Notes: generated by a model not told the origin, from the sequence alone. Numbered from the stretch's first letter, positions 50,109-63,019 are shown. The stretch is 64,000 bases of DNA from Blastocatellia bacterium (GCA_963765495.1 CAVXWP010000009.1:640001-704000), one strand, 5' to 3'. Numbers and translations: made by a program.

Positions 50109-51842
50109 TCATCTGGGTCTGTTTCCAGTGAAATTAAATGTGCCGAGCGAGGTCAGCGCAAACGAGCCTCGCATGCTGTTGCCTTCGATTGTGCCGCTGA
50201 CGACCGCCTCCATTGTGTCTGCGCCCATCGTGACGTGCGTGGTGAATCGAAGCTGATCGCCTTCGAGCGTAGCGTTTTCAATAGTGCTCTCACCCGCCGG
50301 CCCGTTCAGCCTTCCGGTTATGTCATCGCCCTGCCGACTGAGGCTGAGTTGCATTCGGAGATCACCACGCGGAGAGGCTACGATCAACTCCCAGTTGCCC
50401 GAGGGGTTCACAGTCGCAGGGCTCGCGCCCGGCTTTTCTCCTGCTCTTTCTCCAGGTCTTGCCCCCGGTGACTTCGCTTCCGGCTTTTTCAATTCGACTT
50501 CGTTGCCGTCGATAAAGACGTGCTCGATCTTTGTGTCCTTAGCCAGCAAATCACCTTTCGTGATCACAAGGTTGGCTATCTTTCCAACCTCTACGGTTCC
50601 CAGTTGATCACCCGCGCCCAGTATCTCTGCCGCGTTTATCGTGAGCGCCTGCAAGGCAGCCTCTTTTGAAAGCCCGCTGTCGACCGCCTTTTGAATATTT
50701 ATCAGAAAATCACGCGGCTTGAGCGCGCCCGATGCAAAGGCGAATTTCACCTTCGCCTGAGCGAGCTTTGCCGCTCCCTTCGGAGTCTCGGCCCGCTCGC
50801 GAAGGACGCGCAGAGGCTCGTCTTCATCCTCGGGCAGATCGGCCGCCCGCTTCGGGAAATCTACTGAGAGAATCACAGGCACATTCTGAGCTTTCAGCAT
50901 ATCGGCCACGCGATAACCGAAAAGCGCGCCCTCGATAATAGGTTTGAGTTTGAACTCGTTTGCGATCATCAAGGCGCGGCGGATGTCACCATCGCTGTTT
51001 GCGATAAACAAGACGGGCAGATCGCCTTTGAGCGCAGGCTGGAGAGCTTCCAGCTTTTTGTCGTATTCAGGGCGAGGCACGCCGCGCTTTGCGCGATTGT
51101 AACGCTCTACCTCGTCGCGATAATGCAGGGCGTCATAAAACGACTGGCGAATGAAGGCGACCGTTCCCATAAGGGAATTCGGGTAACCGCTCAGAAAGCC
51201 TCCGCCGGTTGAAAACTGCACAGTGAGTGCCACGGGGGCGCGCACGACAAGCTTTGAAGTATCGTCGCCTGCCAGATTTATCAGCGCGCTTTGACCCGCG
51301 AATATTCCCTGCCGCGAATTGGTAAGCGCAGTCGTTATTCCAGCCGAGCGCGCGTCTTCAATGGCCGTACCACCCGCCTTTATCATATCGGCCGCCGCTT
51401 CCGAAGGATCGCCCTGCTTCTGGTCCTGTCTCTCTTCGGCACTTGCCTGCGAAGCCTGCGATGCCTGCGCGCCTCTTCCCTGCCCTGCGGCTGGCGCAGC
51501 CGGGGGCATTCCCAGATCGGTGTAGGCGTCAATCAAACCGGGATAGACCGTAAGCCCCGCTCCTTCGATCACTCTTGCATCGGCCGGTATCTTTACCTTA
51601 TCGCCCACTTCCGTGATCAGACCGTCGCGGATGACTACCGTGCCTTTTGCTATGGTCTTGCCGTTGCCCGCTACTATTTGCGCGTCCTTGATCGCGTAAA
51701 CGTCGGGGGCGTCGAGGCGCGCGGTCGGAGCCTTTATCAGCAGAGCAAGGCTTGCCGACATCATAAAGGCAAGCGCGATGACTCTCGGTTTGAGCCGGGC
51801 GCGTGACGCAATGCGGGCGCTACAGCGTTTCAGTTCTGCCAT
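50109..51842 (-). CDS. Secreted amidohydrolase-family protein (no HxH) with extra C-terminal beta domain
   Basis: PGLIDAYT, ALTINAA, GKIANL. Confidence 0.88.
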   Translation of the reverse strand: MAELKRCSARIASRARLKPRVIALAFMMSASLALLIKAPTARLDAPDVYAIKDAQIVAGNGKTIAKGTVVIRDGLITEVGDKVKIPADARVIEGAGLTVYPGLIDAYTDLGMPPAAPAAGQGRGAQASQASQASAEERQDQKQGDPSEAAADMIKAGGTAIEDARSAGITTALTNSRQGIFAGQSALINLAGDDTSKLVVRAPVALTVQFSTGGGFLSGYPNSLMGTVAFIRQSFYDALHYRDEVERYNRAKRGVPRPEYDKKLEALQPALKGDLPVLFIANSDGDIRRALMIANEFKLKPIIEGALFGYRVADMLKAQNVPVILSVDFPKRAADLPEDEDEPLRVLRERAETPKGAAKLAQAKVKFAFASGALKPRDFLINIQKAVDSGLSKEAALQALTINAAEILGAGDQLGTVEVGKIANLVITKGDLLAKDTKIEHVFIDGNEVELKKPEAKSPGARPGERAGEKPGASPATVNPSGNWELIVASPRGDLRMQLSLSRQGDDITGRLNGPAGESTIENATLEGDQLRFTTHVTMGADTMEAVVSGTIEGNSMRGSFALTSLGTFNFTGNRPR

Positions 51843-52083
51843 GCTTTGATCTCCTGCATCAGCTTTTGCATCGAATTGAAGAGTTTAATAACTATATTTG
51901 CGCCGGTGGATTTGATTGGATACCGGCGTCCACTGTGGCGACCGTTAATCTATAGCAAAGAACCTCTCTGTGCAAGCTGACACGCATCTCAGAAGGCGCA
52001 CCCATTGCAGCGGCTGAGGTGTACAACCCCGAGAGTCAGATGGTAATCTGATTGTCTGTTTAATAAATTTGGGAGCAATCTCG

Positions 52084-52398
52084 ATGGCAGGCGATCAATT
52101 CGAAAAGGATTTCGGATATTTAATGCCCTTTCTCGATAAGGTGGCCGAGGCTGCAAACTCGATTCAGGATCAGGCCGCTCGTGAGGAATTCATCAGGCTC
52201 GTCGGCGGCGAAAAGGCACGATGGACGCGCATCAGACAACTCTTATCCGGCGCGCCCGCAAGCCCAAAGGCTTTACCCTCGCAGCCGTTATCCGAAAGTA
52301 AAAACGAACCGGCAGCCCCGTCCCGCTCAAATGATGAGGCAAAACCCAGACCCGTTTTGCGCTTCACCGTAGGCAGTCTGAAGCCACGCAGTCGTTGA
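52084..52398 (+). CDS. Hypothetical protein
   Basis: RBS GGAG; FEKDFGYLMPFLDKV...FTVGSLK. Confidence 0.65.
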   Translation: MAGDQFEKDFGYLMPFLDKVAEAANSIQDQAAREEFIRLVGGEKARWTRIRQLLSGAPASPKALPSQPLSESKNEPAAPSRSNDEAKPRPVLRFTVGSLKPRSR

Positions 52399-52431
52399 TG
52401 ATCGCTCCCGGGAAGAGTCAGGAACCCGAAC

Positions 52432-53832
52432 ATGTCAGAGGCCGTTCAGTTGCCAGCCATAAAAGGCAAGCCGGTTATCGGAAATCTGCTTGAGTTCCGC
52501 CGCGACCCGCTAAGTTTTCAACTCCGTGTCGCTCAGAGCCACGGCGATGTGGTCCATTTCAAACTTGGCCCGCGAGATATTTATCTCGTCAATAACCCCG
52601 AATATATAAAAGATATTCTCGTCACAAACCACCGCAATTTTATAAAGAGCCGGGGGCTTCAGATGGCCAAGCGCTTCCTCGGCGAAGGCTTGCTTACAAG
52701 CGAAAGAGAGTTTCATCGACGCCAGCGCAGACTCGCCCAGCCTGCTTTTCACCGCCAGCGCATTCAGTCCTACGGCGATGCGATGGTCCATTACGCCGTA
52801 GAGATGCGAGAGAGATGGCAGGACGGCGCAACGCTCGATATATGGAAAGAGATGATGCGCGTTACGCTCGCCATAGTCGGTAAGACCCTCTTTGACGCCG
52901 ATGTGGAGCGCGAAGCAAAAGACGTGGGAGAGGCGCTCGCCGATATAATGAAGCTCTTTGATCGCGTTACCATGCCGTTTCCTGAATTGATCGAAAAGCT
53001 GCCGCTCCCAAGCAATCGCCGGTTCCGCAATGCCAGAGAGAGACTCGACCGCATAATCTACGGCATCATAAACGAGCGCCGAAAAAGCGGCGAAGATCGC
53101 GGCGATCTGCTTTCGATGCTCCTGCAAGCCCAGGATATGGAAGGCGACGGCACCGGCATGACCGATCTGCAATTGCGCGATGAGGCGATGACCCTCTTTC
53201 TGGCCGGGCACGAAACCACGGCAAACGCGCTCACCTGGACATGGTATCTGTTGTCCGAGCACCCCGACATACAGGCCCGGCTCGAAGCAGAGATTGATTC
53301 GGCGCTCGAAGGCCGCAACCCCACCTCGGATGATGTGCCGCGGCTGCGATACGTAGAAAGGGTCTTTGCCGAAGCCATGCGGCTCTATCCGCCTGCCTGG
53401 TCCATTGGCCGGGCGGTGCTGGCCGATTACAGGGTAGGCGAATATCTTGTCCCCGCAGATTCGATCATAATCATGAGCCAGTGGTTAATGCATCACGACC
53501 CGCGCTATTATCCTGATCCGTTCAGATTCGATCCCGAACGATGGCTAACAGAAGCGCAGGAAGCTCGTCCGAAGTTCTCTTACTTCCCCTTCGGCGGCGG
53601 CCCGCGCGTCTGCATAGGCGAATCTTTCGCCTGGATGGAAGGCGTCTTGCTCACAGCCGCTTTTGCTCAGAAGTGGCGCATGCGATTAGCCCCCGGCCAT
53701 CCGGTAGAGACCAAACCTATGATTACTCTCCGCCCAAAATTCGGAATGAGAATGACGCTCGAACGAAGACAGGAAGCGCTTCCACACATCAAAAACCGGC
53801 AAGAGGAAAAGATACTGTCGGCGTCCACATAG
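52432..53832 (+). CDS. Cytochrome P450
   Basis: [28 protein letters not shown]. Confidence 0.96.
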   Translation: MSEAVQLPAIKGKPVIGNLLEFRRDPLSFQLRVAQSHGDVVHFKLGPRDIYLVNNPEYIKDILVTNHRNFIKSRGLQMAKRFLGEGLLTSEREFHRRQRRLAQPAFHRQRIQSYGDAMVHYAVEMRERWQDGATLDIWKEMMRVTLAIVGKTLFDADVEREAKDVGEALADIMKLFDRVTMPFPELIEKLPLPSNRRFRNARERLDRIIYGIINERRKSGEDRGDLLSMLLQAQDMEGDGTGMTDLQLRDEAMTLFLAGHETTANALTWTWYLLSEHPDIQARLEAEIDSALEGRNPTSDDVPRLRYVERVFAEAMRLYPPAWSIGRAVLADYRVGEYLVPADSIIIMSQWLMHHDPRYYPDPFRFDPERWLTEAQEARPKFSYFPFGGGPRVCIGESFAWMEGVLLTAAFAQKWRMRLAPGHPVETKPMITLRPKFGMRMTLERRQEALPHIKNRQEEKILSAST

Positions 53833-53929
53833 CTCAAACGGCATCGAAATCTCAAATCTCGTATGAGCGTTGCAGAGCCTCGCCTTTTGCGCGGGAAGCC
53901 CTGCATTCGGTCTCTGTTTTAGATTGAAA

Positions 53930-54994
53930 TCAGGCGAACAGCCCGTTTATATAGGCTTCGGGCGAAAACTCTACAAGATCATTTATCTTCTCGCCTATGC
54001 CTACGTAGCGGATGGGGATGCCAAGCTCTTTGGCTATCGCAATGACGATTCCGCCCTTTGCGGTTCCGTCGAGTTTGGTCAGGACGAGACCCGTAACAGG
54101 CACAGTGCGGGTAAACTGCCGGGCCTGTTCGAGCCCGTTCTGCCCGGTCACCGCATCGATTATCAAGAGCACTTCATGAGGCGCTCCCTCGACATCTCGA
54201 CCGGCCACGCGGCGCATCTTTTCGAGTTCCTGCATCAGATTGGTCTTGGTGTGCAATCGGCCCGCCGTGTCAACGATCAGGACATCGGCGTTTCGCGCGC
54301 GCGCCGCGCTTATCGAATCAAAGAGCACGGCCGAAGGATCAGTGCCGGGCCTTTGTTGTATGAGCGGAACCTTGGAGCGGTCGGCCCAGATGGCGAGTTG
54401 ATCGTTTGCGGCTGCGCGAAAAGTGTCCGCCGCGCAGATCATCACTTCGTTGCCCTCGCTCTTTATGCGATGCGCGAGTTTGCCTATGGTCGTGGTCTTG
54501 CCGACCCCGTTCACGCCGACGATCATCAGCACATAAGGTTTGATGTCGAGTGGGACTTCGGTTTCAGAGGCCACGGTGCCGCGCTTGCGATTGCGTTCGG
54601 CCGATTCGAGTATTGCTCGCAGTTCGTCTTTGATCAATCGCTTCAGTTCGTCAACATCGTTAAGCTGATTGCGGCGCACCTGTTGCCGCGCCTTTTCAAT
54701 TATTTCGAGCGAAGTCGGCACACCTATGTCTGCGCCTATCAGGGCCTCTTCAAGCTGATCGAGCACATCGTCGTCTATCTTGCGCTTGCCCGAGACGACC
54801 GTCTCGATTTTTTCGGTAAGGGTTTCGCGCGTAGCCGTGACTGCCTGCTTGAACCTGTCATAAAAACCGGCCTCGTCTTCGGCCTGAGCCTCTTCCAGGG
54901 GTTCGCGGGCTATACGCTCCTCTTCGGGTGTGGGTGCGCGGTTCAGACCGAGCGATATGAATTGATCTTCCGTCTTTCGTTTCCAGAATGCCAT
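53930..54994 (-). CDS. ftsY: SRP receptor FtsY
   Basis: [32 protein letters not shown]. Confidence 0.97.
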   Translation of the reverse strand: MAFWKRKTEDQFISLGLNRAPTPEEERIAREPLEEAQAEDEAGFYDRFKQAVTATRETLTEKIETVVSGKRKIDDDVLDQLEEALIGADIGVPTSLEIIEKARQQVRRNQLNDVDELKRLIKDELRAILESAERNRKRGTVASETEVPLDIKPYVLMIVGVNGVGKTTTIGKLAHRIKSEGNEVMICAADTFRAAANDQLAIWADRSKVPLIQQRPGTDPSAVLFDSISAARARNADVLIVDTAGRLHTKTNLMQELEKMRRVAGRDVEGAPHEVLLIIDAVTGQNGLEQARQFTRTVPVTGLVLTKLDGTAKGGIVIAIAKELGIPIRYVGIGEKINDLVEFSPEAYINGLFA

Positions 54995-55165
54995 AATGAC
55001 CTTATTATTTGCTCCGATGAAAATATTAAAAGCGCAGCGCCAGAGACGCTACGCGCGGTCGTCAGTAAGAATAGAGATTAGCACCGGGCTCAAAACAGCG
55101 TCAACAAATTCGCCATGCGGGAAAAGACCTGGACAGGATTTGTATCTGTTCAGAAAGAAAAATTT

Positions 55166-55231
55166 GCCACAGAGACACAAAGACACAGAGTTTTTATGAT
55201 ATTTTCTCTGTGCCTGCGGTGCCTCCGTGGC
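55166..55231. repeat. REP-like imperfect palindrome
   Basis: GCCACAGAGACACAAAGACACAGAG...CTCTGTGCCTGCGGTGCCTCCGTGGC. Confidence 0.65.
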
Positions 55232-55388
55232 TATTCTGAATTCTTATCAGGATTTGATCCACAGACCATAATGCCGTTATGATTGTTAATGTCTGGCTGG
55301 CCTGTGGATGGAATGCCAATCCGATAAACAGAGGGCCGCCGTAAGTTTCAAGGGAGCCTCTATCAAAGAAATCTGGCGGGATCACATT

Positions 55389-56810
55389 ATGTCACGATCA
55401 ATATCAACAGCTATTCTCTTGATGCTTCTGGCGTTCTTAATTCCTTCGCCTCGCGCTCGGGCGCAACGCAAGTTTGAAGAGGTGGGAAAGCCTGAGCCTA
55501 CCAGAACGGTGAGACCTCGGAGGCAACCGAGTGGCCCTACGCGCGCGCGCGTTCGGGCAAACGGGGTGTTATTCGTGCTGGGCGACCCGCCTGCCGCCGA
55601 AGTGGTAGTCAAAAACAGCAAGGGAATAGTCACTCGTGGAGAGATAGCAGAAAATGGGGAGTTCAGGGCCGAGCTTCCACCGGGCACCTACAGCGTCGAG
55701 GTATCGGCTGAAAACTTTGCGCCCGAAACGCTGAAGAATCTTCTGGTCAGACCGCCCCAGCCAAAGATCGTGCGCGCAGACCTTCTGCCAAAGACGGGTT
55801 CGATACTTGTGGCTATGGGGTCGGTAGAATCAGACGCAACCATTTTGCTCGACGGCAAACGGCCTGACGACATAGTGAAAAAAGAGAATCTGATCGAGAT
55901 AGACAATATCCCGGCAGGAAGTTACAGCCTGCGAATCACACACCCGACCATCGCCGCCTGGGAGAAAGAAGTCGTAGTTGAAAACGGTGCGCGCACGCCT
56001 GTCTCTCCGAAATTCAAACTGGCTGTCGTCAATCTGACGGTCAAGAGCGAGCCGGGAGCCGAGGTCTATGCCGATGGAGAGTATCAGGGCACGGTGGCTG
56101 AAAACGGCGAGTTGTTGATTTCAAACAAAATCCGCCCGGGCAACCATACGATCAAGGCCGTCAAAGATAAATTCGAGACTGCTACGCGCACAAAAAGCTT
56201 TGCCGCCGGAGATGAAAAGATCGAGATGCAATTGAAGCGCATCGGTTTCTCTTCGGAGTTTTCAGACTCATTTATGGGTGGGGCATCTGCGTGGCTGGCC
56301 CCGTCAACATGGAAAATAAAAGAAGGCAAAATGACGGTCAAAGGCCCGGATGTGGGGCTGGTCCGCGACGTGATTTATGACGATTTCAGGATGGAGTTCG
56401 ATGTGAACTTCATAAACGGCAAGGGCGCTGCCTGGGTAGTGCGCGCCCAGGACAAGAAAAATTATTACCTGTTTCAACTGACCGGCCCAAAGGGGTCGCC
56501 CCCGACTACTTTTAGCAGTTACATCTGCCAGAACGGCCAGCTCAAACGCTTAAAGCCCCCCGATTATGTGGCCGTGAACCTCACCCGGCCCGATGATATG
56601 TATCACATCACGGTCGAGGCGAAAGGCAATACTATAAAGCATTTCATCGAGGTGACGAGCGACCCGAAAGCGACGGGCCCCGAGCCCATGAGCGAGTTTC
56701 GTGACGCGAGCGTCTTCTCATTCGGCACGGTCGGGTTCGCCACAAAAGATGATGAGGAATTCGTCATCAGATTTATAGTGGTCAACCCGCTCGACAAGCC
56801 CGGCAATTGA
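55389..56810 (+). CDS. Secreted PEGA-domain protein with lectin-like C-terminal domain
   Basis: Signal peptide; SEPGAEVYADG repeats. Confidence 0.8.
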   Translation: MSRSISTAILLMLLAFLIPSPRARAQRKFEEVGKPEPTRTVRPRRQPSGPTRARVRANGVLFVLGDPPAAEVVVKNSKGIVTRGEIAENGEFRAELPPGTYSVEVSAENFAPETLKNLLVRPPQPKIVRADLLPKTGSILVAMGSVESDATILLDGKRPDDIVKKENLIEIDNIPAGSYSLRITHPTIAAWEKEVVVENGARTPVSPKFKLAVVNLTVKSEPGAEVYADGEYQGTVAENGELLISNKIRPGNHTIKAVKDKFETATRTKSFAAGDEKIEMQLKRIGFSSEFSDSFMGGASAWLAPSTWKIKEGKMTVKGPDVGLVRDVIYDDFRMEFDVNFINGKGAAWVVRAQDKKNYYLFQLTGPKGSPPTTFSSYICQNGQLKRLKPPDYVAVNLTRPDDMYHITVEAKGNTIKHFIEVTSDPKATGPEPMSEFRDASVFSFGTVGFATKDDEEFVIRFIVVNPLDKPGN

Positions 56811-57121
56811 TACGCTGCGAAGTTTGACACTCATGCCCCCCTGTAGTATTCTGCAAGTGTTCGAAACAACAGGCTAAATTGCTCCGCTAGTCATGGATTG
56901 AATTGCCGTGAGGGTGCGGTTTGACGGCAAATCTGTTCATCATTCTGGCTTCGAAGGCCTTTCATATATGCCGCGTACTGGTTGAATGGTTTCGCCCCGG
57001 CATCCAGCTAATTTCTCACGAGTGGGATTCTAATGAAATCTGGCTTATTAATCTGATCGCATTCAGCTTGGTTTTCCCCTTCGAATGCCATAAACGCAAT
57101 CAAACACCAGGAGAGGAAATT

Positions 57122-60100
57122 ATGAAGAGAATCAGTCCAAAATTCCTAGCGTTGCTCATAGTCTGCTGTGTGGTTTTAAGTTATACGCCGGTCGCTTCAT
57201 TACAGACAACCACAACCGGGGCTATTCAGGGTCGAGTTCAGGAAGAGACGACCGCGCTGCCCATCCCAGGCGCTACGGTCAGTGTGCTGAATCAAGAGAC
57301 CGGCCTGAAACGCACTACCCTGACCGGGCAGGACGGCACTTACTGGATAGCCACATTGCCTCCCGGCTGGTACACAATCTCTGCGACAAAAACCGGATAC
57401 GTGCAGGGAGCGGAAGGTACTGAAGCCAACTTCGGCATAAAGCTCTCAAAGACCAATACCGTACAGCCTCCCCCGATCTCTCTCAGAAATCTCGGGACCG
57501 CTCCGGTAACTTCCGGCAATCCGCCGCCTGTTACGACACAACCGCCCGTGACCACGCAACCACCCGTCGCTGCGCAGACCCAGACTACTTCGGGGATTCC
57601 GGCGACCGAATCTTCTTACGAGCAACTCGTGAACCTGAGCAACGCGACCCGAGGCGGAAACTTTGATCGCCGCATCGTGATCGCCCTTCCACTTTCCGGC
57701 ATCCGTACATTCGATGAGCTTGCGTTCCTCGTCCCCGGGGTCGCGCCTCCGCCAAAAGCCATCGGCTCAACAGTCGGGCCGGGGATCGGACCGGGCGTCG
57801 GCACTTCGGGGCAGTTCTCAGTAAATGGATTGCGGAGCCGCTCGAACAACTTCACCATCGACGGCTCGGACAACAACGATGAAGACGTGGGCGTGCGCCG
57901 CCAGGGATTCACATCCCTCGTGCCGCAATCGATAGAAAGCGTTCAGGAATTTCAGATCGCTACCCTGCTCCCCGAGCCGCAATTCGGGCGCAACATGGCC
58001 GCGCAGGTCAACGCCGTCTCCCGCTCCGGGGGCGCGGACTTTCACGGAACGCTTTACGGATTTCTTACCGACAAGCGGCTCAAGGCGCGCGATGCATTCG
58101 ACTTCACCGGAGGCCCGTCAAATTTCCCGCTCACTCGCGCATCTGACGGCGCTCCGGTGCTGCTAAACGGCAGCCAGCTTGCGCCCGCCAATCCCGTAAA
58201 CGGAGAAGACCCTTTCACACGCGCTCAATACGGATTCGTTCTGGGCGGACCCATAGTAAAGCAGAAGACAAGCTTCTTTGTCTCTTACGAGCATCAGGAT
58301 ATAAACGCGAGCCGTGAATCGCATTTCGCGGTACCCACGGTGGGCGAGCGAGGTCTGTTCGGCAAGGGCGACACCGGGCTATTTGATCAGGCCGGCACTC
58401 CCGTATCCCCTACATCGGTAAACGGCGACGCGTTTTTCAGTCTCTTCCCGTTTCCGAATAATCCGGGCGGGCCTTACGGACCAAACACCTACACGGAAAA
58501 TTTACCCGCAGGGGCCGACGGCAATATCTTCTCAGCGCGTCTCGATCAGATGGGCTTGAAGGTCTTTGGCGCAGAGAGCACTCTGACGGGCAGATACAAT
58601 TTCACCGACGACGACACGGTTTTGCCGGTAACGGGCGAGGCGCTTTTTTCGACCATGCGCGCTCTTGTCCGCACTCAAAACCTTTCAGTGATACTAAACA
58701 GCAGCGGTTCTCATCTGGCCAATCAGGCGCGGTTCTCATACGGAAGAACGCACCTTGCTTTTGAAGAAGTCCGCGACCCGTTCCTGATTCCATCAAAACT
58801 CTTCCCAAATACGCCGTTTTTGTTGAACGCGCCACTGACGTTGAATTTCACACTGCCGGGCGGGCCGCCGAGGTTTATCGCTCCGGGCGGGCTCGACACA
58901 GAGACGCTCGGCACGGGCATATTCGATCCCTCGAACGGAACTGGCCCGATTGGGCAGGTGAAAATATCGGGCTACAGCCCCATCGGGGTAGACGTATTCA
59001 ACTTCCCGCAGGGGAGGACTTCCAACGCGTTTCAGTTTGCCGACACGCTCTTTTATGACAGGGGCGCGCACAGAATCTCGGCCGGGTTTGACATAAGGCG
59101 GAACCATCTTGACAGTTTCCTCGACAGAAACTTTCGCCCTCTGGCCATCTTCAGCGCCGCGAAAGATATTTCGCCTCAAACGATCAGCCAGGTTTTAGGT
59201 AGCGATGTCGGAGGATTTTTCCTCGGCAGAGACTACGCCGCCGCTGGCACGCCTACGGGCTTCTATCAGACGCAATCGTTTCTTGTCGATAACTCGAAGA
59301 TAAGATTGCGATACTGGCAGAACAACTTCTTTCTCGTAGACCAGATTCGCGTCCGGCCACACTTTACCTTGACCCTTGGCGCGCGTTATGAACTAAACAC
59401 CGTTCCTACGGAAAAGGACCGGCTGATAGAATCGAGCTTCAATCAGGATCAGGTTCAGACCTTTATAAATCTGGAGCGCCAGCGATTTGGCGTTTCGGGT
59501 CTTGAGCAATTTCTGGCCGGGCGCACGAAAATTTATCAGCGAGACAACAACAACATCGCGCCTCACATAGCTTTTGCGTGGGACCCGACCGGCGACGGGA
59601 GGATGAGCATACGCGGAGGCTACGGCATATACTATGATCAGATTCTCGGCGCGGTGGTCAGCCAGTCGCGCAATGTCTTCCCCAATTTCTTCACGCTCAA
59701 CACGGCGGGGATTGTGGGCGGACTGCCCGGAGCGGGTTACACAAACCCGGCTGCCTTCGCCGTGCCCGGGACGCTGAATCAGACGGCCATCAGCAATCCG
59801 GCTCAATTCCTGGCAAACCTCGCGCAGACGACAAACAACGCCGCAGGCCCCGGATTTGTGCTGCCGGTAGCTGATCTCGTGACTCCTTATGCCGAACACT
59901 GGAGCCTTACCCTTGAGCGAGAAATCAAGAAAGACTTTCTGGTTTCGGCTGCCTATGTGGGAACTCGCGGAGTTCATCTGCTCAGGTTTGCGACTCCAAA
60001 TCTGGGTCCGAACGCGATACCGGGAATAAATGCGATAGTCTCGACGCAAGGCTCAAGACTCAAGCCGGTTCCGACGCCCAACGCCGACAGAGACCGGAGA

Positions 60101-60826
60101 AACCAGAACGTCGCGCCGGGGTTCCTGACCGGCGGGCGACCCTTCCCCCTGCTCGGCTCGTTCACTTCGATAGAGTCTGATGCCAACTCGATTTATCACT
60201 CGTTGCAGTTGCAGATGAACAAACGTTTCTCGCACGGGCTGCAATTCACAACCGCCTACACGTGGTCGCACGCGATTGACGAGGTATCGGACGTATTCGA
60301 TCTGGCGGGCGCTGAGGCGCTGCCGCAGGACAGCTTTAATTACAGGGCCGAGCGCGCGAGCGCGAATTTCGATGTGCGGCATCGTTTCGTTTACAGCCTT
60401 GTGTGGGACTTGCCCGTATTCGAAGACAACGCGGTGCTCGGCGGCTGGCAGGTGTCAAGCATAGGGACTTTCCAGACCGGGCAGCCCTACACGGTTCTGT
60501 TTTGCTGTGATGTGAATCTGGATGGAAATCTCACAGATCGACCGGGCATAGCGATACCGGGAACGGACGCGGGCCGCAACGCCTTCCGCGCACCGGGCAT
60601 AGCCACGGTTGATGCAGCAGCATCGAAGGGGTTCAAGTTTGGTGAGAGACAGCGGCTCGATTTCAGGGCCGAGGCTTTTAACCTGTTCAACCGGACGCAT
60701 TTTGGCATACCCGTAAATCAACTCTTCTTTGCAAGGTTCGCGGCAAGACCGCTGTCTGAGAAGATTTTTGTTGATACGACCGTGCCTGCGCGCACGTTGC
60801 AGTTCGCGCTCAAGTACACTTTCTAA
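57122..60826 (+). CDS. TonB-dependent (Oar-like) outer-membrane transporter with carboxypeptidase-regulatory-like N-domain
   Basis: [37 protein letters not shown], terminal LKYTF. Confidence 0.92.
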   Translation: MKRISPKFLALLIVCCVVLSYTPVASLQTTTTGAIQGRVQEETTALPIPGATVSVLNQETGLKRTTLTGQDGTYWIATLPPGWYTISATKTGYVQGAEGTEANFGIKLSKTNTVQPPPISLRNLGTAPVTSGNPPPVTTQPPVTTQPPVAAQTQTTSGIPATESSYEQLVNLSNATRGGNFDRRIVIALPLSGIRTFDELAFLVPGVAPPPKAIGSTVGPGIGPGVGTSGQFSVNGLRSRSNNFTIDGSDNNDEDVGVRRQGFTSLVPQSIESVQEFQIATLLPEPQFGRNMAAQVNAVSRSGGADFHGTLYGFLTDKRLKARDAFDFTGGPSNFPLTRASDGAPVLLNGSQLAPANPVNGEDPFTRAQYGFVLGGPIVKQKTSFFVSYEHQDINASRESHFAVPTVGERGLFGKGDTGLFDQAGTPVSPTSVNGDAFFSLFPFPNNPGGPYGPNTYTENLPAGADGNIFSARLDQMGLKVFGAESTLTGRYNFTDDDTVLPVTGEALFSTMRALVRTQNLSVILNSSGSHLANQARFSYGRTHLAFEEVRDPFLIPSKLFPNTPFLLNAPLTLNFTLPGGPPRFIAPGGLDTETLGTGIFDPSNGTGPIGQVKISGYSPIGVDVFNFPQGRTSNAFQFADTLFYDRGAHRISAGFDIRRNHLDSFLDRNFRPLAIFSAAKDISPQTISQVLGSDVGGFFLGRDYAAAGTPTGFYQTQSFLVDNSKIRLRYWQNNFFLVDQIRVRPHFTLTLGARYELNTVPTEKDRLIESSFNQDQVQTFINLERQRFGVSGLEQFLAGRTKIYQRDNNNIAPHIAFAWDPTGDGRMSIRGGYGIYYDQILGAVVSQSRNVFPNFFTLNTAGIVGGLPGAGYTNPAAFAVPGTLNQTAISNPAQFLANLAQTTNNAAGPGFVLPVADLVTPYAEHWSLTLEREIKKDFLVSAAYVGTRGVHLLRFATPNLGPNAIPGINAIVSTQGSRLKPVPTPNADRDRRNQNVAPGFLTGGRPFPLLGSFTSIESDANSIYHSLQLQMNKRFSHGLQFTTAYTWSHAIDEVSDVFDLAGAEALPQDSFNYRAERASANFDVRHRFVYSLVWDLPVFEDNAVLGGWQVSSIGTFQTGQPYTVLFCCDVNLDGNLTDRPGIAIPGTDAGRNAFRAPGIATVDAAASKGFKFGERQRLDFRAEAFNLFNRTHFGIPVNQLFFARFAARPLSEKIFVDTTVPARTLQFALKYTF

Positions 60827-60839
60827 AAAGGAAAACAGG

Positions 60840-60867
60840 AATAGGCCGCGTTTATCCGCGGCCTATT
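60840..60867. terminator. Hairpin terminator between convergent genes
   Basis: AATAGGCCGCG-TTTATC-CGCGGCCTATT. Confidence 0.75.
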
Positions 60868-60971
60868 TCAATTCGCCTTCCCTTCAAATCAGCTATTAAT
60901 ATCGCTGACGCATATCGCATGCATATCAAAAACTGAATGACCTTTGATCTTCGCCCTTTGCCTTTTGTAAT

Positions 60972-62981
60972 TCACTTCCTGGCAAGAACGACGGGCGCTT
61001 GCTCGGCTGCGCGTATCGCCACAAAGAAATCACGCACTTCCGCGTAATGGTCTACAGTTATTGTCTCGCCGCGCACTATAAGGCTCCGTTTAAAGTGCAG
61101 GTATCCGTCCTTGACCTCATAGCTGGTCGTGTAACTGCCAAAAGGCGCATTGAGTTTCACGGCGTCCGGCATCTCATCAACCTCGAACCCTTCGGGAAGC
61201 TTTATACGCGCGGTCTCGGTATAAGCCTTCGACTCAAGCACTACGGGGTGTTTTCGCGAGCTTTCCGTAAGCGAAAGCGATTCACGACGCGAGACTATGG
61301 CAGGCTTGAATACAAGAAGCCTCTCCTGCATCAGTTGTCCATAGCGAGCGGCAAATTCGACATTCAGCGTGAAGCTCCCTTCGGCGCGATTGTCGGCGGG
61401 GTCCACCTTTGAAAGGCTGGCTCCGTTTGCGCCCCGCGTGATCCATTTCTCGATCATCTTCTGATATTCGGGCCGGGAGAGATGACGGAATGCGCCCCTC
61501 TCGGCTACGGCGGCCTGACCCGTGGACATCTCGCGCACCTTTGCCGTTATAGAGCCGTCGGAGGCAAGCACTACTTCGGTCTGGCGCTCAAGCATATTGG
61601 ATTCGGGCGGCGTGGTCGGCATGCGCAGGAGCGCGCCCTGCTCGCCCGCTATTACGAGCGCGAGGCTGCCCTGTTCGTGATCGGGCAGATCGCCTAAGGG
61701 GGTGTCATCATCCGTAGGATCGAATATCAGCAAACGGCCGAGGGCGGGATGCTCGACTATGGTCGGAGCCTGCGTCTCGTCGCTCACCTTTATGGCTATG
61801 ATTACGTGATTGAACTGCTGCGGCGAAGCCCATTCCTGTCTGACATAGGTAGGATCACCCGCGAAGATCGAAACCAGGTAAGCAGGTATGTTTATGGCCT
61901 TGAGCATCGCGCGCATGAGATTGGCTTTGTCTTTGCAATCGCCGTAGGACTTTGCGAACACATCGGCAGATGAGTGCGGGCGGTATCCGCCGCCGCGCCC
62001 CACGCCTATCTGTATCGAGCAGTAATTGACGCTCTGGGCGAATCGGCCTATGGCCCTTATGCGCTCAAACTCGGTCCTGGCGTTCTCGGTCAATTGCCGC
62101 GCCTTTGCTGTCATCTCGTCATTGACGATCATCTGGGGGTCGCTCAATTCGCTGAGCCACCTCGACACGTCCTTCCAGCTTTGAAAGCTCCGCCCCAGCT
62201 TCGCCTCTTTGCCTTCGGCCGCATAGAAGCTTATGGCCAGCCTCGGCGCGATATTGGTTACGGGAGGCGCGGATGGTTCTTCTTCAATGAAAGGCAGATT
62301 GCCGAGTGACCAGGAATAAGTCGAGCCGGTGACGGTCGGCTCTATTTTCGCGTGATTAAAGGTCACGCTTTCGGCGCGCCACCCTTCCGGCAGAGCAACT
62401 GTTAAGCGCGAGAGGATGACTGGCAGGCGATTTTGAAAGCTCCAGTCGTCCTGCGTGAAGATTGAACGGTCCTCTTCCGTGTACTCATACCCAAAGACAG
62501 CCCCCGGCTCGACATCGTCTCGCGCCGAGATCACCTTTGCGCGCGCCTCGTTGTAGACATCGTTGTCTACTCTGGCCACATCCAGAATATCGTCTTTGCC
62601 ATACTTTTTGATCTCTCCAGAAGGGCGAATCATCCAGGCCCTTATGTCGCGCACCTTGCCGCTGTCGGTCCTGTAAGGCATGAAGGCATGGGCTGCTTCC
62701 CGCCCGTCACGCGTCAATATCCGCACGGCGTAGTAGTTGACCTTTGTAGTGCGTCCATCTTCGCCGATGGTCATCCTCGATTCATCAAGAAGCACGACCG
62801 CCGGAACTTTCTTATCATAAGTGGGCACGCTCGCCAAAGCGGCCTGCCTGAACCACGGGGGGACATCATCACCAGCAAAACCGGAACCAGTAGAACCGGG
62901 ACCAGCAAAACCGAGACCGGCAAAAGCGGGCGCGCTTACGAGCGTAAGCACAAACAAGAGCCCGATAAGTTTATTCAACAT
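60972..62981 (-). CDS. DUF3857 / transglutaminase-like protein
   Basis: YGDCKDKA, FNHVI, FDPT catalytic triad; signal peptide. Confidence 0.9.
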   Translation of the reverse strand: MLNKLIGLLFVLTLVSAPAFAGLGFAGPGSTGSGFAGDDVPPWFRQAALASVPTYDKKVPAVVLLDESRMTIGEDGRTTKVNYYAVRILTRDGREAAHAFMPYRTDSGKVRDIRAWMIRPSGEIKKYGKDDILDVARVDNDVYNEARAKVISARDDVEPGAVFGYEYTEEDRSIFTQDDWSFQNRLPVILSRLTVALPEGWRAESVTFNHAKIEPTVTGSTYSWSLGNLPFIEEEPSAPPVTNIAPRLAISFYAAEGKEAKLGRSFQSWKDVSRWLSELSDPQMIVNDEMTAKARQLTENARTEFERIRAIGRFAQSVNYCSIQIGVGRGGGYRPHSSADVFAKSYGDCKDKANLMRAMLKAINIPAYLVSIFAGDPTYVRQEWASPQQFNHVIIAIKVSDETQAPTIVEHPALGRLLIFDPTDDDTPLGDLPDHEQGSLALVIAGEQGALLRMPTTPPESNMLERQTEVVLASDGSITAKVREMSTGQAAVAERGAFRHLSRPEYQKMIEKWITRGANGASLSKVDPADNRAEGSFTLNVEFAARYGQLMQERLLVFKPAIVSRRESLSLTESSRKHPVVLESKAYTETARIKLPEGFEVDEMPDAVKLNAPFGSYTTSYEVKDGYLHFKRSLIVRGETITVDHYAEVRDFFVAIRAAEQAPVVLARK

Positions 62982-63019
62982 AGCTTTCCTCCTCAAACCT
63001 CGGCCACCGCCGACCCGAC

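Noticed and set aside
53870-55081. 403-aa plus-strand ORF
   Set aside because: Antisense shadow of ftsY with no recognisable motifs
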